DNA of 32,000 bases from Iodobacter violaceini (GCF_011601265.1 NZ_JAAOLX010000017.1:1-32000); one strand, 5' to 3'; counted from the first letter of the stretch, positions 16,930 through 25,565 are shown. Program-made: numbers and translations. The notes: generated from the letters alone by a model not told the origin.

Positions 16930-19900
16930 ATGGACATGAGCCAGCTTCTCGCCTCTTTTGCCGCAGCCTTTAATCAGGATAATCGCCTTATCAGCCTGCA
17001 ACTTGGCGACGGGGCGGCGTGGGGTGAGCAGCTGTTGCCGCAGCAGGTCAGTGGCAGCGAGGGGATGAATCAGGCTTACCGCTATCAGATTGATTGCCTT
17101 TCCCCCGATGGCAGCTTAGAGCTTAAATCCTTACTGGGCCTGCCCATTGTTTTATCTGTGGCCGATGCCAATGGCAGCGAGATTGAGCGCTGTGGTGTGA
17201 TATCCCAAGCGCAGTTGCTTGGCTCTGACGGGGGCTTTGCAAAGTACGCGCTAACGGCAGAGCCGCCGTTTGCTTTACTTCGCTACCGCCGCACTTCCCG
17301 CGTGTTCCAGGATTTATCCGTGCCGGATATCGTGAAGCAGGTACTGGCCGAGCATCAGGCTAAAAACCCCGTATTTGCAGCGGTGCAAACGCTGGATTTC
17401 AAATTATCCGGCACACACGGCCCGCGCTCTTATTGCCTGCAATACCGCGAGTCGGATTACGATTTCTTAGTGAGGCTGATGCAAGAGGAAGGCTTAGCGT
17501 GGCGCTTTGCTCATCTGCCGGGTGACAATCCCCAAGTGCAGCTCGTTGTCTTTGACGATGCCTTTGCCGTACCCGAGGCGCAAGACAGCCAGGTGCGCTT
17601 TCACCGCGCGGATGCCACGGAAGAATCTGATGCCCTTACCGAGTGGAACAGCCAGCGTCAGGTAGGCAGCAGCTCGGTATCGCTTGCCAGCTTTAATTAC
17701 AAAGCCGCCAACACCAGCCACACCGCCGATCATAGCGCTGTGGATCAGGGTGATGGCGGGCAGCAAATTCAATCCAGCTTTGAAGATTACGACGCCCAGA
17801 CGCACTATTACGCCAGCGATGCTGAAGGGCTAAGCCATTACGCTAACTTGCGTCAGCAGGCCTTGGATGGGCAAAAGAAAACGTTTACTGGCTCTGGCAC
17901 TTTGCGCAGCCTGCAAGCGGGGCAATGGTTCAGATTAGAAGACCACCCCGCACACGAATGGGATGCGGCCGAGCAGCGCGAATTCGCCATTACCCGGCTT
18001 AAATTCACCGCGCAGAATAATCTGCCGGTGGATCTGACCCAGCAACTACTGCAAGTCTCCCCCAGCCTGCTGGCCGCAAGCGCAGCTGACACCAAGCCCT
18101 ACCAGGCCGATTTCACCGCCCAAAGACGCGGCCAGCCGATCACCCCCGCCTTTGCCCATGAGCCGCTGAGTAAACCCAAAAGCTTTGGCGTACAAACCGC
18201 CACCGTGGTTGGCCCCGCCGGCTCAGAAGTGCATACCGACGAGCAAGGCCGGATTAAGGTGCAGTTCCACTGGCAGCGTGCCGCAGAGCACCCGGAGTTT
18301 GGCGCAAATCTGGATGACAAATCATCCTGCTGGATCCGCGTTTCTATGCCGAGTGCAGGCGCAGGCTTTGGCCACCAGTTTATTCCGCGCATCGGCCAGG
18401 AAGTTTTAGTCGACTTTATCGAAGGCGATATCGACCGCCCCATCGTTACCGCCGTGGTCTATAACGGCAGCCACCCGGTGCCGACATTCAGCGGCGCAGG
18501 CGCTTTACCCGCCAACAAAACATTATCCGGCATCAAGACCAAAGAGCATGAAGGTGGCCAATACGGCGAGCTGCTGTTTGACGATACCAAAGGCGAAGTT
18601 CGTACCAAATTATCCAGCGAGCATGGTAAAACTCAGCTCAATATGGGCTACCTGATCCACCCGCGCACGGATGGAAAAGGCGAACCACGCGGCGAAGGCT
18701 TTGAGCTGCGCACCGACAAACAAGGTGCCATTCGCGCCAGCGGCTTACTCATCAGCACCGAAGCCAAAGGCGGTGCATCCGGCAAACAGCTGGACCGCAG
18801 CCCAGCCCAAAGCCAGCTGGAATCCGCTTTAGACACCGCCAAAAACCTCGGCGAATACGCCACCAAACAACTCGCCGATAGCATAGAAACTGGCGAAGAT
18901 GATCAAACCGTCAAACCCGACAACAGCCCCGGCGACAAAGCCAGCCACGGCCATCTTTACCACCACGTGCACGCCAGCAAAAGCTTTGAAGCGGGTAGCA
19001 ACACGGATAAAGACGGCAAAACAAAATCTAAAGAGCAGGCTGGCCAGCAAAAAATCATCCTGCTGCACGGCGAGGACGGCGTAGCCATCACCACCCCGCA
19101 AAGCCAGACCCTCAGCGCAGGCAGCAACCTGGATCAGGTCGCCCAGCGCGACACCAACCAAAGCACCGGCCGCCGCTGGATTCACAATGTAGGCCAACAC
19201 ATCAGCCTGTTTACCGGCGGCATCAAAGACAAAATCACCATGAAGCTGATCGCCGCCAAAGGCCAGCTGCAAATGCAGGCGCAAAGCGACGACATCGAAA
19301 TCACCGGTGACAAAAACGTCAAACTCACCGCAATCAAAGGCAAGGGCCTCTTCAACGCCAAACAAGAAATCCTGCTCACCGCCGGCGGTGCTTATATCCG
19401 CATCAAAGGCGGCAAGATCGAGCTGCATGCACCGGGGAAAGTGAGCATTAAGGGCGGGAGCCATGATTGGAGCGGGCCGAAGAGCCAAAGCGTGCCTATG
19501 CCAACATTTAAAGGTAAAGATGGCCTTGGACAGTTAGAACTATTCCATCATTACCAAAATGCTGAAGCCATTAAAGGTGGCCAATATATTGTGACCGACT
19601 TAAAAGGTCAGGTTCATAAGGGCATGCTGGATGATAAAGGCTATGCCGTGATTGCAGGCTTGCCGATGGGTGCAGTCAGCGCTCAGTTTTTGAGTGACCC
19701 ACGGCAGACAAAAGCCCCCACAGGCACTTTTGAAACACCACTGCTAAAAGATGTTCCAAGCAAAATAGATACGGATGCCATTGCTAAACAAGCTTCTGCA
19801 CAATTAAGCAGTTTGCTGCCTGATGTGGCCAAAGCGCAGGGAATGGCAAGCACGCTATCTTCGCTTGACCCTGCTCAGGCAATGGCTGCGGCAAAGCAGG

Positions 19901-20265
19901 CTGCAGCAGGCCAAATAATGAGTCACGTTCCCCAAGGCATAGGCTCAGCTATTGGCAGTGCTCAAATGGCTAATACATTTGCATCAATGAACCCTCAGCA
20001 GGCAATGGATGCTGCTAAACAAGCGGCAGCTGGCCAGGCGATGAACTACCTGCCTAAAGAGGCGAGTTCTGCGGTTGGCAGTGCTCAAGGGATAGCAGGT
20101 TCACTATCCAACCCTGGCCAGGCTATGGATGCGGCAAAACAAACCGCTTCAAGCCAGGTAATGAGCCACGTGCCAAAGGAAATCAGCGCCGCTGCCGGGC
20201 AAGCCAATGCTTCTGCTCAACAAGCCCAACAAGTTAAACAAATGCTCGCTTCGCTCAAGAAGTAA
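16930..20265 (+). CDS. vgrG: VgrG spike protein (VgrG2) with ~250-aa C-terminal extension
   Basis: 1111 aa. The first ~855 aa are collinear with VgrG1 (same gp27/gp5 motifs: GRIKVQFHWQR, SCWIRVSMPSAGAGFGHQFIPRIGQEVLVDFIEGDIDRPIVTAVVYNG). An additional beta-rich segment and tandem repeats follow. Confidence 0.95.
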   Translation: MDMSQLLASFAAAFNQDNRLISLQLGDGAAWGEQLLPQQVSGSEGMNQAYRYQIDCLSPDGSLELKSLLGLPIVLSVADANGSEIERCGVISQAQLLGSDGGFAKYALTAEPPFALLRYRRTSRVFQDLSVPDIVKQVLAEHQAKNPVFAAVQTLDFKLSGTHGPRSYCLQYRESDYDFLVRLMQEEGLAWRFAHLPGDNPQVQLVVFDDAFAVPEAQDSQVRFHRADATEESDALTEWNSQRQVGSSSVSLASFNYKAANTSHTADHSAVDQGDGGQQIQSSFEDYDAQTHYYASDAEGLSHYANLRQQALDGQKKTFTGSGTLRSLQAGQWFRLEDHPAHEWDAAEQREFAITRLKFTAQNNLPVDLTQQLLQVSPSLLAASAADTKPYQADFTAQRRGQPITPAFAHEPLSKPKSFGVQTATVVGPAGSEVHTDEQGRIKVQFHWQRAAEHPEFGANLDDKSSCWIRVSMPSAGAGFGHQFIPRIGQEVLVDFIEGDIDRPIVTAVVYNGSHPVPTFSGAGALPANKTLSGIKTKEHEGGQYGELLFDDTKGEVRTKLSSEHGKTQLNMGYLIHPRTDGKGEPRGEGFELRTDKQGAIRASGLLISTEAKGGASGKQLDRSPAQSQLESALDTAKNLGEYATKQLADSIETGEDDQTVKPDNSPGDKASHGHLYHHVHASKSFEAGSNTDKDGKTKSKEQAGQQKIILLHGEDGVAITTPQSQTLSAGSNLDQVAQRDTNQSTGRRWIHNVGQHISLFTGGIKDKITMKLIAAKGQLQMQAQSDDIEITGDKNVKLTAIKGKGLFNAKQEILLTAGGAYIRIKGGKIELHAPGKVSIKGGSHDWSGPKSQSVPMPTFKGKDGLGQLELFHHYQNAEAIKGGQYIVTDLKGQVHKGMLDDKGYAVIAGLPMGAVSAQFLSDPRQTKAPTGTFETPLLKDVPSKIDTDAIAKQASAQLSSLLPDVAKAQGMASTLSSLDPAQAMAAAKQAAAGQIMSHVPQGIGSAIGSAQMANTFASMNPQQAMDAAKQAAAGQAMNYLPKEASSAVGSAQGIAGSLSNPGQAMDAAKQTASSQVMSHVPKEISAAAGQANASAQQAQQVKQMLASLKK
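19783..20262 (+). repeat. Four tandem 36-41-aa Ala/Gln-rich repeats at the VgrG2 C-terminus
   Basis: The units are AKQASAQLSSLLPDVAKAQGMASTLSSLDPAQAMAA, AKQAAAGQIMSHVPQGIGSAIGSAQMANTFASMNPQQAMDA and AKQAAAGQAMNYLPKEASSAVGSAQGIAGSLSNPGQAMDA. The last unit is AKQTASSQVMSHVPKEISAAAGQANASAQQAQQVKQMLASLKK. Confidence 0.85.
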
Positions 20266-20284
20266 TAGCCCTGCTTATACGGTA

Positions 20285-20314
20285 CAGCCATGGTCTAAAA
20301 CCATGCTGACTTTT
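20285..20314 (+). terminator. Weak stem-loop plus short T-run between vgrG2 and rhs (possible partial terminator)
   Basis: cagccatggt-ctaaa-accatgctg (9 bp with one bulge) is followed by acttttaaa. Confidence 0.25.
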
Positions 20315-20337
20315 AAATATTCGGAGACTTCGCCTCA

Positions 20338-23300
20338 ATGAGCGAAACAAGACAAGTTGCACATGCGCCCTATGGTAAAGAAACAGTTGCGGATACCCAG
20401 TCTGCCATAGGCAGTTTTGATACCTGGCTAAAGAAAGTTTCTGACAACCATGTTTCGCTTGATGACTTACAAACAGTCGCCAGCGCCCTGCCTGTGGTCG
20501 GTAATCTCATTGCTGCAGGAGATATGCTCGTCAATCTTTACGATATTTCGCAAAAGAAAGAGGGGGGGGATTTTGGAGACTGGATGGGGGTGGGCATTAA
20601 TGGCATAGGCTTGATCCCCGCTCCGGGTACGGCGGCACTGCGTATATCAATGCGCCCGGTACTTGGCAGCGTAAGACAAGCTTTAATTCGCGGCGGAAAA
20701 ACAGTAGGTCCCGCCTTGGTCGACGTTATTGTCAGCCATATTCTGGCCAGCGAAGCATTAGCCCAAAAAGCGGAAGACGCCGTTACAAAGATGCTGAATG
20801 TGATTTCACCCATGATGAAAGAAGTCGCCGACTTCGTTTCTAAAGTGATAGAGCAATTCACAACATTTTTAAAACAACTCATCAACGGCACATTAGGTAA
20901 ATACCGTGTTCCTGCGGGTAAAGCACCCAGCAAAGGGGAGTTTGTTCGCAATCCCGCAATTCGTTTAGGCAGCTTTTTTGGTGAAGCGTGCCAGTTTTAT
21001 CGTAAGGCGGTAGCTACTGTTGCATCTAAAGCAGCTTCTGCCCTGCTAAGCGATAAAGTAAAACAAACACTGACTGATTTACTTAACCACCTGAATAATT
21101 CAATTAAGCCGCAAATAGTTGGCAAGATCACCGCCCTGGCCGATGCAAAGGCCAAACAAAGCCTGGTATCCTTACTGACTCTGCTACTTGCCGCAATTAC
21201 AAAGGGCAAAAAGAAAGCAGCTGCTGGTGCTGTTGCCGTTGGCAAAACCACAAAAGTGGTAGCGAAACGTGCCCAGCAAGTGATTGAGCAAGTCAGCTCG
21301 CAAATCAAAGCCAAACTTAGCCCCAATGGCTGCAAAGAATGTAAAACCAAAGGCAAATCACGCAGTACAAAATCAATTGGCTATGCACTGGGTGATGAGG
21401 TTTTTAGCCACACCGATTTTAGCCTTAATGGTGTAATGCCCTTAGTTTGGCAACGTACTTATAACTCCAGGCTGGCCGCTTATGATCAGGGCGAGCTGGG
21501 CGCACGCTGGACATCCCCGCTATCTACCCGCTTTGATTTAATCAACGCAGAATCAGGCCCCATCTTGCGCCACTTTGATGCGGATGGCCGTAGCCTGGAT
21601 TACCCAGCACTTGCAGTGGGCGAGCACCATCAAGACCGCACTGAAGGCCTGATGCTTAGCCGTTTGGATGAAAACCTGCTGACCATTACCCGTGGCCATG
21701 AATTGCTGGAGGTGTACGAGCGCTACGAATCCCGCTTTATGCTGCGCATGCTGAAAGACCGTGCGGGCAATACGCTGGCGCTGAGTTACGATGCAGCGGG
21801 TTTATTGCAGCAAATCGATTTAAGCAGTGGCAGCAGCGCAAAATTTGAGCGTAATGCAGCGGGAAAAATCAGCCGTATTAGCACCCCCCCCAGCAAAGAG
21901 CTTCCTGCTGGGCGCGTGCTTGCTGAATACAGCTATAACGAGCATGGTGATTTAATCAGCGCCAAAGATGAGCACGGCAATCAGCGCGATTATCAATATA
22001 AAAACCACCTGATTACCCGCTACACCGATCGCACTGGCCGCGGGGTTAATCTGGAATGGGATGGCAGCAGCGCTACATCCAAAGCTATTCGTGAGTTTGC
22101 AGATGATGGCAGTAATGAGATCCGCCTAAGCTGGCACGACGACATCCGCCTCACCACCGTTCGCAATGCCCATGGCGATGAAACACTCTATTACTTTGAT
22201 GCGCTGGGCTACACCTATCGCATTATTTATCCCGATAACAGCGAAGAATGGCTGTTTCGCGATGATTATAAAAACCTAATCAAACACGTTTATCCCGATG
22301 GCAGCTCAGATCGTTATGAATACGATGCCAACGATAATCTGCTGCTGCATATTCGCCCCGACGATAGCACCGTGCAGATGGCTTACGATGATAAAGACCA
22401 GCTGATCCGCATTACTGATCCGCTGGGCAATATCTGGCTGCGTGAATACGACGACAAAGGCAATCTGCTTAAAGAAATCGATCCTAAGCAATACGCCACC
22501 AGCTATAGCTACAACCCGCAGGGCCTGCCTATCGCAATTAAAGACGCCAAAGGCGGCACAAAAAAACTGGCCTATTTACCCAACGGCCAGATTGCCAGCT
22601 TTACCGATTGCTCTGGCTCCTGCACCGAATGGCATTACGATGCCAATGGCCGCTTGTTAGAAACCCAGGATGCAGCAGGCAACCTCACCCAATATCGCTA
22701 TGGCAGCGATGGGCGTCTGGAGGCTGCTAAACAGGCGGATGGCACCGAAGCCAAATTGCAATTTGATGCCGAAGGCCGTTTGCTGTCGCACACCGATGCG
22801 CTGGGCCGCAGCACCCGCTATGGCTACGATAAAGCAGGCCGGATTCATTCCCGAATCGATGCGATGGGCCAGGAGCTGGCCTACCGCTACGACAAACTGG
22901 GCAGACTGACCGCACTGCAAAATGAAAACAGCGCCCAATATCGCTTTAGCTACGATCCTGTTGGCCGCTTAATCGAAGAAAACAGCTTTGATGGCAAAGC
23001 CACCCGCTATCATTATGCCGAAGCCAGCGGCCAGCTCTTAGAAGTGAACGAAGCAGGCCAGCTTACCCAGCTTAACTACGATGCCGCAGGCCGCCTTGCA
23101 CAGCGTAAAACGGGCAGCAGCAAAGAATCATTCCGCTACGATCCGGCTGGCCGCCTTGCCATCGCTAAAAACCGCTTTAGCCAGGTGGTGTTTAACTTTG
23201 ATGAAGTGGGCGATTTAACGCGTGAAGAGCACCATTACCAGCTCTTTGGCCAAAGCCAAACCCATATCTGGCAACACGAATACGACGAGCTGGGTAACCG

Positions 23301-24804
23301 CATCGCCAGCATTCGCCCCGATGGCCAACGCACCGACTGGCTGGTTTACGGCAGTGGCCATGTGCACGGCATGCTGTGGAATAAGCAAGAAATCACCAGC
23401 TTTGAGCGCGATAAACTACACCGCGAAACCGGCCGCAAACTCGCCAACCAGCTGCAAGCCCAAACCCAATACGACCCAATGGGCCGCATGCTGCAGCAAA
23501 CGCTCAGCGGAAAAACCAGCAGCAACCGCAGCTATCAATACGATCCGGTAGGGCAACTGCTGGGCATTAAAGACAGCCGTAAGGGCGAAACCCAATACCG
23601 CTACGATCCGGTAGGCAGGCTGCTTGCTGCCAACACACCAAAACATCAGGAAACCTTTGCCTTTGACCCCGCCAGCAATCTGCTCGACAGCGCAGGCAAA
23701 GCAGAAAACACCCTACCCAGCCAAACACCACGTATTCTGGATAACCTGCTGAAGCAATACGCAGGCACCCACTTTAAATACGACGCACGCGGCAACCTCA
23801 CCGAAAAACAACGCGGTGAACAGATCACCAAACTAAGCTGGGACGGCTTTAACCGCCTGAGTGAAGTGCAAACAGCCCAAGGCGTAACGCAATACTATTA
23901 CGACGCCTTTGGCCGCCGCATCGGCAAAGAAAACGCCCAAGGCCAAACCGCATTCATCTGGGACGGCGACGTGATCGCCCTGGAAAAAACCGCAAACCAA
24001 ACCCGCCATTACCTGTTCGAGCCCAATAGCTTTATACCGCTGGCGCAGATCGTCTCCGCCAACGACAGCGAGCAAGAACACACCGCCTACTACCACGTAG
24101 ACCACCTCGGCACACCGCAAACACTGAGCGATGAAAACGGCGAAATCGCTTGGAGTGCAGAGTACAAAGCGTGGGGTGAAGCGCAGGTCGTCATTAGTGA
24201 AGCCGCAAAAGAAGCCGGAATCAATAACCCAATACGCTTCCAAGGCCAATACGCCGACGAAGAAAGTGGATTGCATTACAATAGACACCGCTATTACGAC
24301 CCGGAGATTGGGCGGTTTATTAGTAGTGATCCGATTAAATTAGCGGGCGGCAGAAATTTACACCAATATGCTCCGAATCCTATTGGGTGGATTGATCCGT
24401 TTGGATTGGTGCACGAAACAGCACCTGGATATCACGTCTATGGATTATATGAGCCGGGTAAAAGTCCTGACCGAGGTGACTCTCCTTATTACGTTGGCAT
24501 AACGGATGATTTGGATAGGCGTAATATAGAACATGGTAAAAGTGGGCGCTTAGCAGGAGGAACCATGGAACCAATAATGAGAGATGTAGATTATGGTACT
24601 GCCCGTGGTGTTGAGCAGGCTAATATTGAGCATCATGGCACCAAGACAGGGACTATTGGACAAGATTTAAGCACAGCAACAACTTATGACGAAAGAGGAA
24701 ACAAAGTTGCCTCATTTGACCATAAAAATTCAACGCGTTGCCCCAAAAGGCAGCAGCACTTTGAAAATGCATATAACAATGAAATAAAACGCTTAAACCG
24801 TTAA
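20338..24804 (+). CDS. rhs: Rhs-family T6SS polymorphic toxin (no PAAR), GIY-YIG-like nuclease C-terminal tip
   Basis: 1488 aa. The Rhs shell starts near aa 346 (SIGYALGDEVFSHTDFSLNGVMPLVWQRTYNS) and has many YD repeats (YxYDxxGRL). The conserved core end is [39 protein letters not shown]...NPIGWIDPFGL, followed by a 131-aa variable tip. Confidence 0.95.
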   Translation: MSETRQVAHAPYGKETVADTQSAIGSFDTWLKKVSDNHVSLDDLQTVASALPVVGNLIAAGDMLVNLYDISQKKEGGDFGDWMGVGINGIGLIPAPGTAALRISMRPVLGSVRQALIRGGKTVGPALVDVIVSHILASEALAQKAEDAVTKMLNVISPMMKEVADFVSKVIEQFTTFLKQLINGTLGKYRVPAGKAPSKGEFVRNPAIRLGSFFGEACQFYRKAVATVASKAASALLSDKVKQTLTDLLNHLNNSIKPQIVGKITALADAKAKQSLVSLLTLLLAAITKGKKKAAAGAVAVGKTTKVVAKRAQQVIEQVSSQIKAKLSPNGCKECKTKGKSRSTKSIGYALGDEVFSHTDFSLNGVMPLVWQRTYNSRLAAYDQGELGARWTSPLSTRFDLINAESGPILRHFDADGRSLDYPALAVGEHHQDRTEGLMLSRLDENLLTITRGHELLEVYERYESRFMLRMLKDRAGNTLALSYDAAGLLQQIDLSSGSSAKFERNAAGKISRISTPPSKELPAGRVLAEYSYNEHGDLISAKDEHGNQRDYQYKNHLITRYTDRTGRGVNLEWDGSSATSKAIREFADDGSNEIRLSWHDDIRLTTVRNAHGDETLYYFDALGYTYRIIYPDNSEEWLFRDDYKNLIKHVYPDGSSDRYEYDANDNLLLHIRPDDSTVQMAYDDKDQLIRITDPLGNIWLREYDDKGNLLKEIDPKQYATSYSYNPQGLPIAIKDAKGGTKKLAYLPNGQIASFTDCSGSCTEWHYDANGRLLETQDAAGNLTQYRYGSDGRLEAAKQADGTEAKLQFDAEGRLLSHTDALGRSTRYGYDKAGRIHSRIDAMGQELAYRYDKLGRLTALQNENSAQYRFSYDPVGRLIEENSFDGKATRYHYAEASGQLLEVNEAGQLTQLNYDAAGRLAQRKTGSSKESFRYDPAGRLAIAKNRFSQVVFNFDEVGDLTREEHHYQLFGQSQTHIWQHEYDELGNRIASIRPDGQRTDWLVYGSGHVHGMLWNKQEITSFERDKLHRETGRKLANQLQAQTQYDPMGRMLQQTLSGKTSSNRSYQYDPVGQLLGIKDSRKGETQYRYDPVGRLLAANTPKHQETFAFDPASNLLDSAGKAENTLPSQTPRILDNLLKQYAGTHFKYDARGNLTEKQRGEQITKLSWDGFNRLSEVQTAQGVTQYYYDAFGRRIGKENAQGQTAFIWDGDVIALEKTANQTRHYLFEPNSFIPLAQIVSANDSEQEHTAYYHVDHLGTPQTLSDENGEIAWSAEYKAWGEAQVVISEAAKEAGINNPIRFQGQYADEESGLHYNRHRYYDPEIGRFISSDPIKLAGGRNLHQYAPNPIGWIDPFGLVHETAPGYHVYGLYEPGKSPDRGDSPYYVGITDDLDRRNIEHGKSGRLAGGTMEPIMRDVDYGTARGVEQANIEHHGTKTGTIGQDLSTATTYDERGNKVASFDHKNSTRCPKRQQHFENAYNNEIKRLNR
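24409..24804 (+). other. Rhs-CT toxin domain, GIY-YIG (URI) nuclease-like
   Basis: It directly follows DPFGL. PGYHVYGLYEPGKSPDRGDSPYYVGITDDLDRRNIEH gives GIY (VYGLY), YIG (YVGIT) and the conserved Arg. The later ARGVEQANIEHHG supplies the conserved Glu. GC content drops from here onward. Confidence 0.7.
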
Positions 24805-24823
24805 AATAAACAAGGAAAACAAA

Positions 24824-25510
24824 ATGGGCTGGTGGAATATACCCGATCAAAAAGATGCCGTTATTGGTGATGCGGTGCTGGATTCAATACGACATTTTTT
24901 AAAAGAATTTAGCCATGAATACATCGAAGATTTAGGCAGAAAACCTACCCTGCTTGAGCTTGAATACGCCTTATCACTGGCATTTAAAGTAAATGTAGAT
25001 GATGATATTGCCAGTGGTATGGAAGAGCTTGAAATTAAGCAAGTCGTATTAAAAACAGCCAAACGACCAAAGCGGTTTAAACCCGTACCGGGGGATTTAT
25101 TTGCCTTCCGCTATGATGAACAACGTTATGGTTTTGGTAGGCTGATCTCAAAATTAAGCATGGGAATGGTCGCGGAAATCTATGATTATTTTTCTGCCCA
25201 GCCTATATTCGACCCAAATTATACAGATAAATGGCTGATTAGCCCCGTAGTACTTAACCCATATGGTTTATTTGAATGTCGAAACGAAGGTGAATGGCTA
25301 ATTATAGGTAAAACGCCTAACTATGTTATCCCTAACAAATTCAATGATGTATTTTTTGTTACTGGTACCCCTGGCAAGCTCCAAGCAGTACGAGTGAACA
25401 ACTCTGATTTTGATATTAGTTTAGAGGAGGCCACTGGCCATAGAAGATATACCTATAGCTCTGATATTCAGATTAAAGAGCTTATTGCCGAAGCATTAAA
25501 AAACAAGTAA
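24824..25510 (+). CDS. Cognate immunity protein candidate (copy a), C-terminal half Imm26-like
   Basis: 228 aa, starting 19 nt after the rhs stop, with an AAGGA SD 7 nt upstream. PGDLFAFRYDEQRYGFGRLIS...MVAEIYDYF...GEWLIIGKTP resembles the Imm26 pattern as I remember it. The N-terminal MGWWNIP...D...GD..LD is reminiscent of DUF4259. Confidence 0.65.
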   Translation: MGWWNIPDQKDAVIGDAVLDSIRHFLKEFSHEYIEDLGRKPTLLELEYALSLAFKVNVDDDIASGMEELEIKQVVLKTAKRPKRFKPVPGDLFAFRYDEQRYGFGRLISKLSMGMVAEIYDYFSAQPIFDPNYTDKWLISPVVLNPYGLFECRNEGEWLIIGKTPNYVIPNKFNDVFFVTGTPGKLQAVRVNNSDFDISLEEATGHRRYTYSSDIQIKELIAEALKNK

Positions 25511-25516
25511 ACAAAC

Positions 25517-25547
25517 AGGGGGCAATAATATTGCTCCCTTTTTTTAT
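25517..25547 (+). terminator. Rho-independent terminator after immunity gene copy a
   Basis: agggggcaat-aat-attgctccct (10 bp including one G-U pair) is followed by tttttttat. Confidence 0.65.
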
Positions 25548-25565
25548 AGAATGGCTCGGGAGAAT

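Noticed and set aside
17494-19488. Antisense/alternative-frame ORFs inside vgrG2 (17494-17805, 17853-18095, 18099-18443, 18648-18884, 18829-19488 and others)
   Set aside because: The logic is the same as for vgrG1. They mirror the shadow ORFs of the paralog simply because the nucleotide sequences are homologous.
21373-24290. Periodic repeats in rhs that could be mistaken for a CRISPR-like or tandem DNA repeat array
   Set aside because: The periodicity is at the protein level (YD repeats, YxYDxxGRL) with degenerate nucleotide sequence. There are no identical direct repeats with unique spacers.
24131-24343. A 'conserved' ~70-aa ORF family (MKTAK...[11 protein letters not shown]) present three times (24131-24343, 27126-27338, 29778-30074)
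   Set aside because: Conservation is a by-product of the near-identical Rhs recombination arms. These ORFs are the +1 frame of the conserved [12 protein letters not shown] region. They have no SD, and their ends coincide with the loss of Rhs homology.
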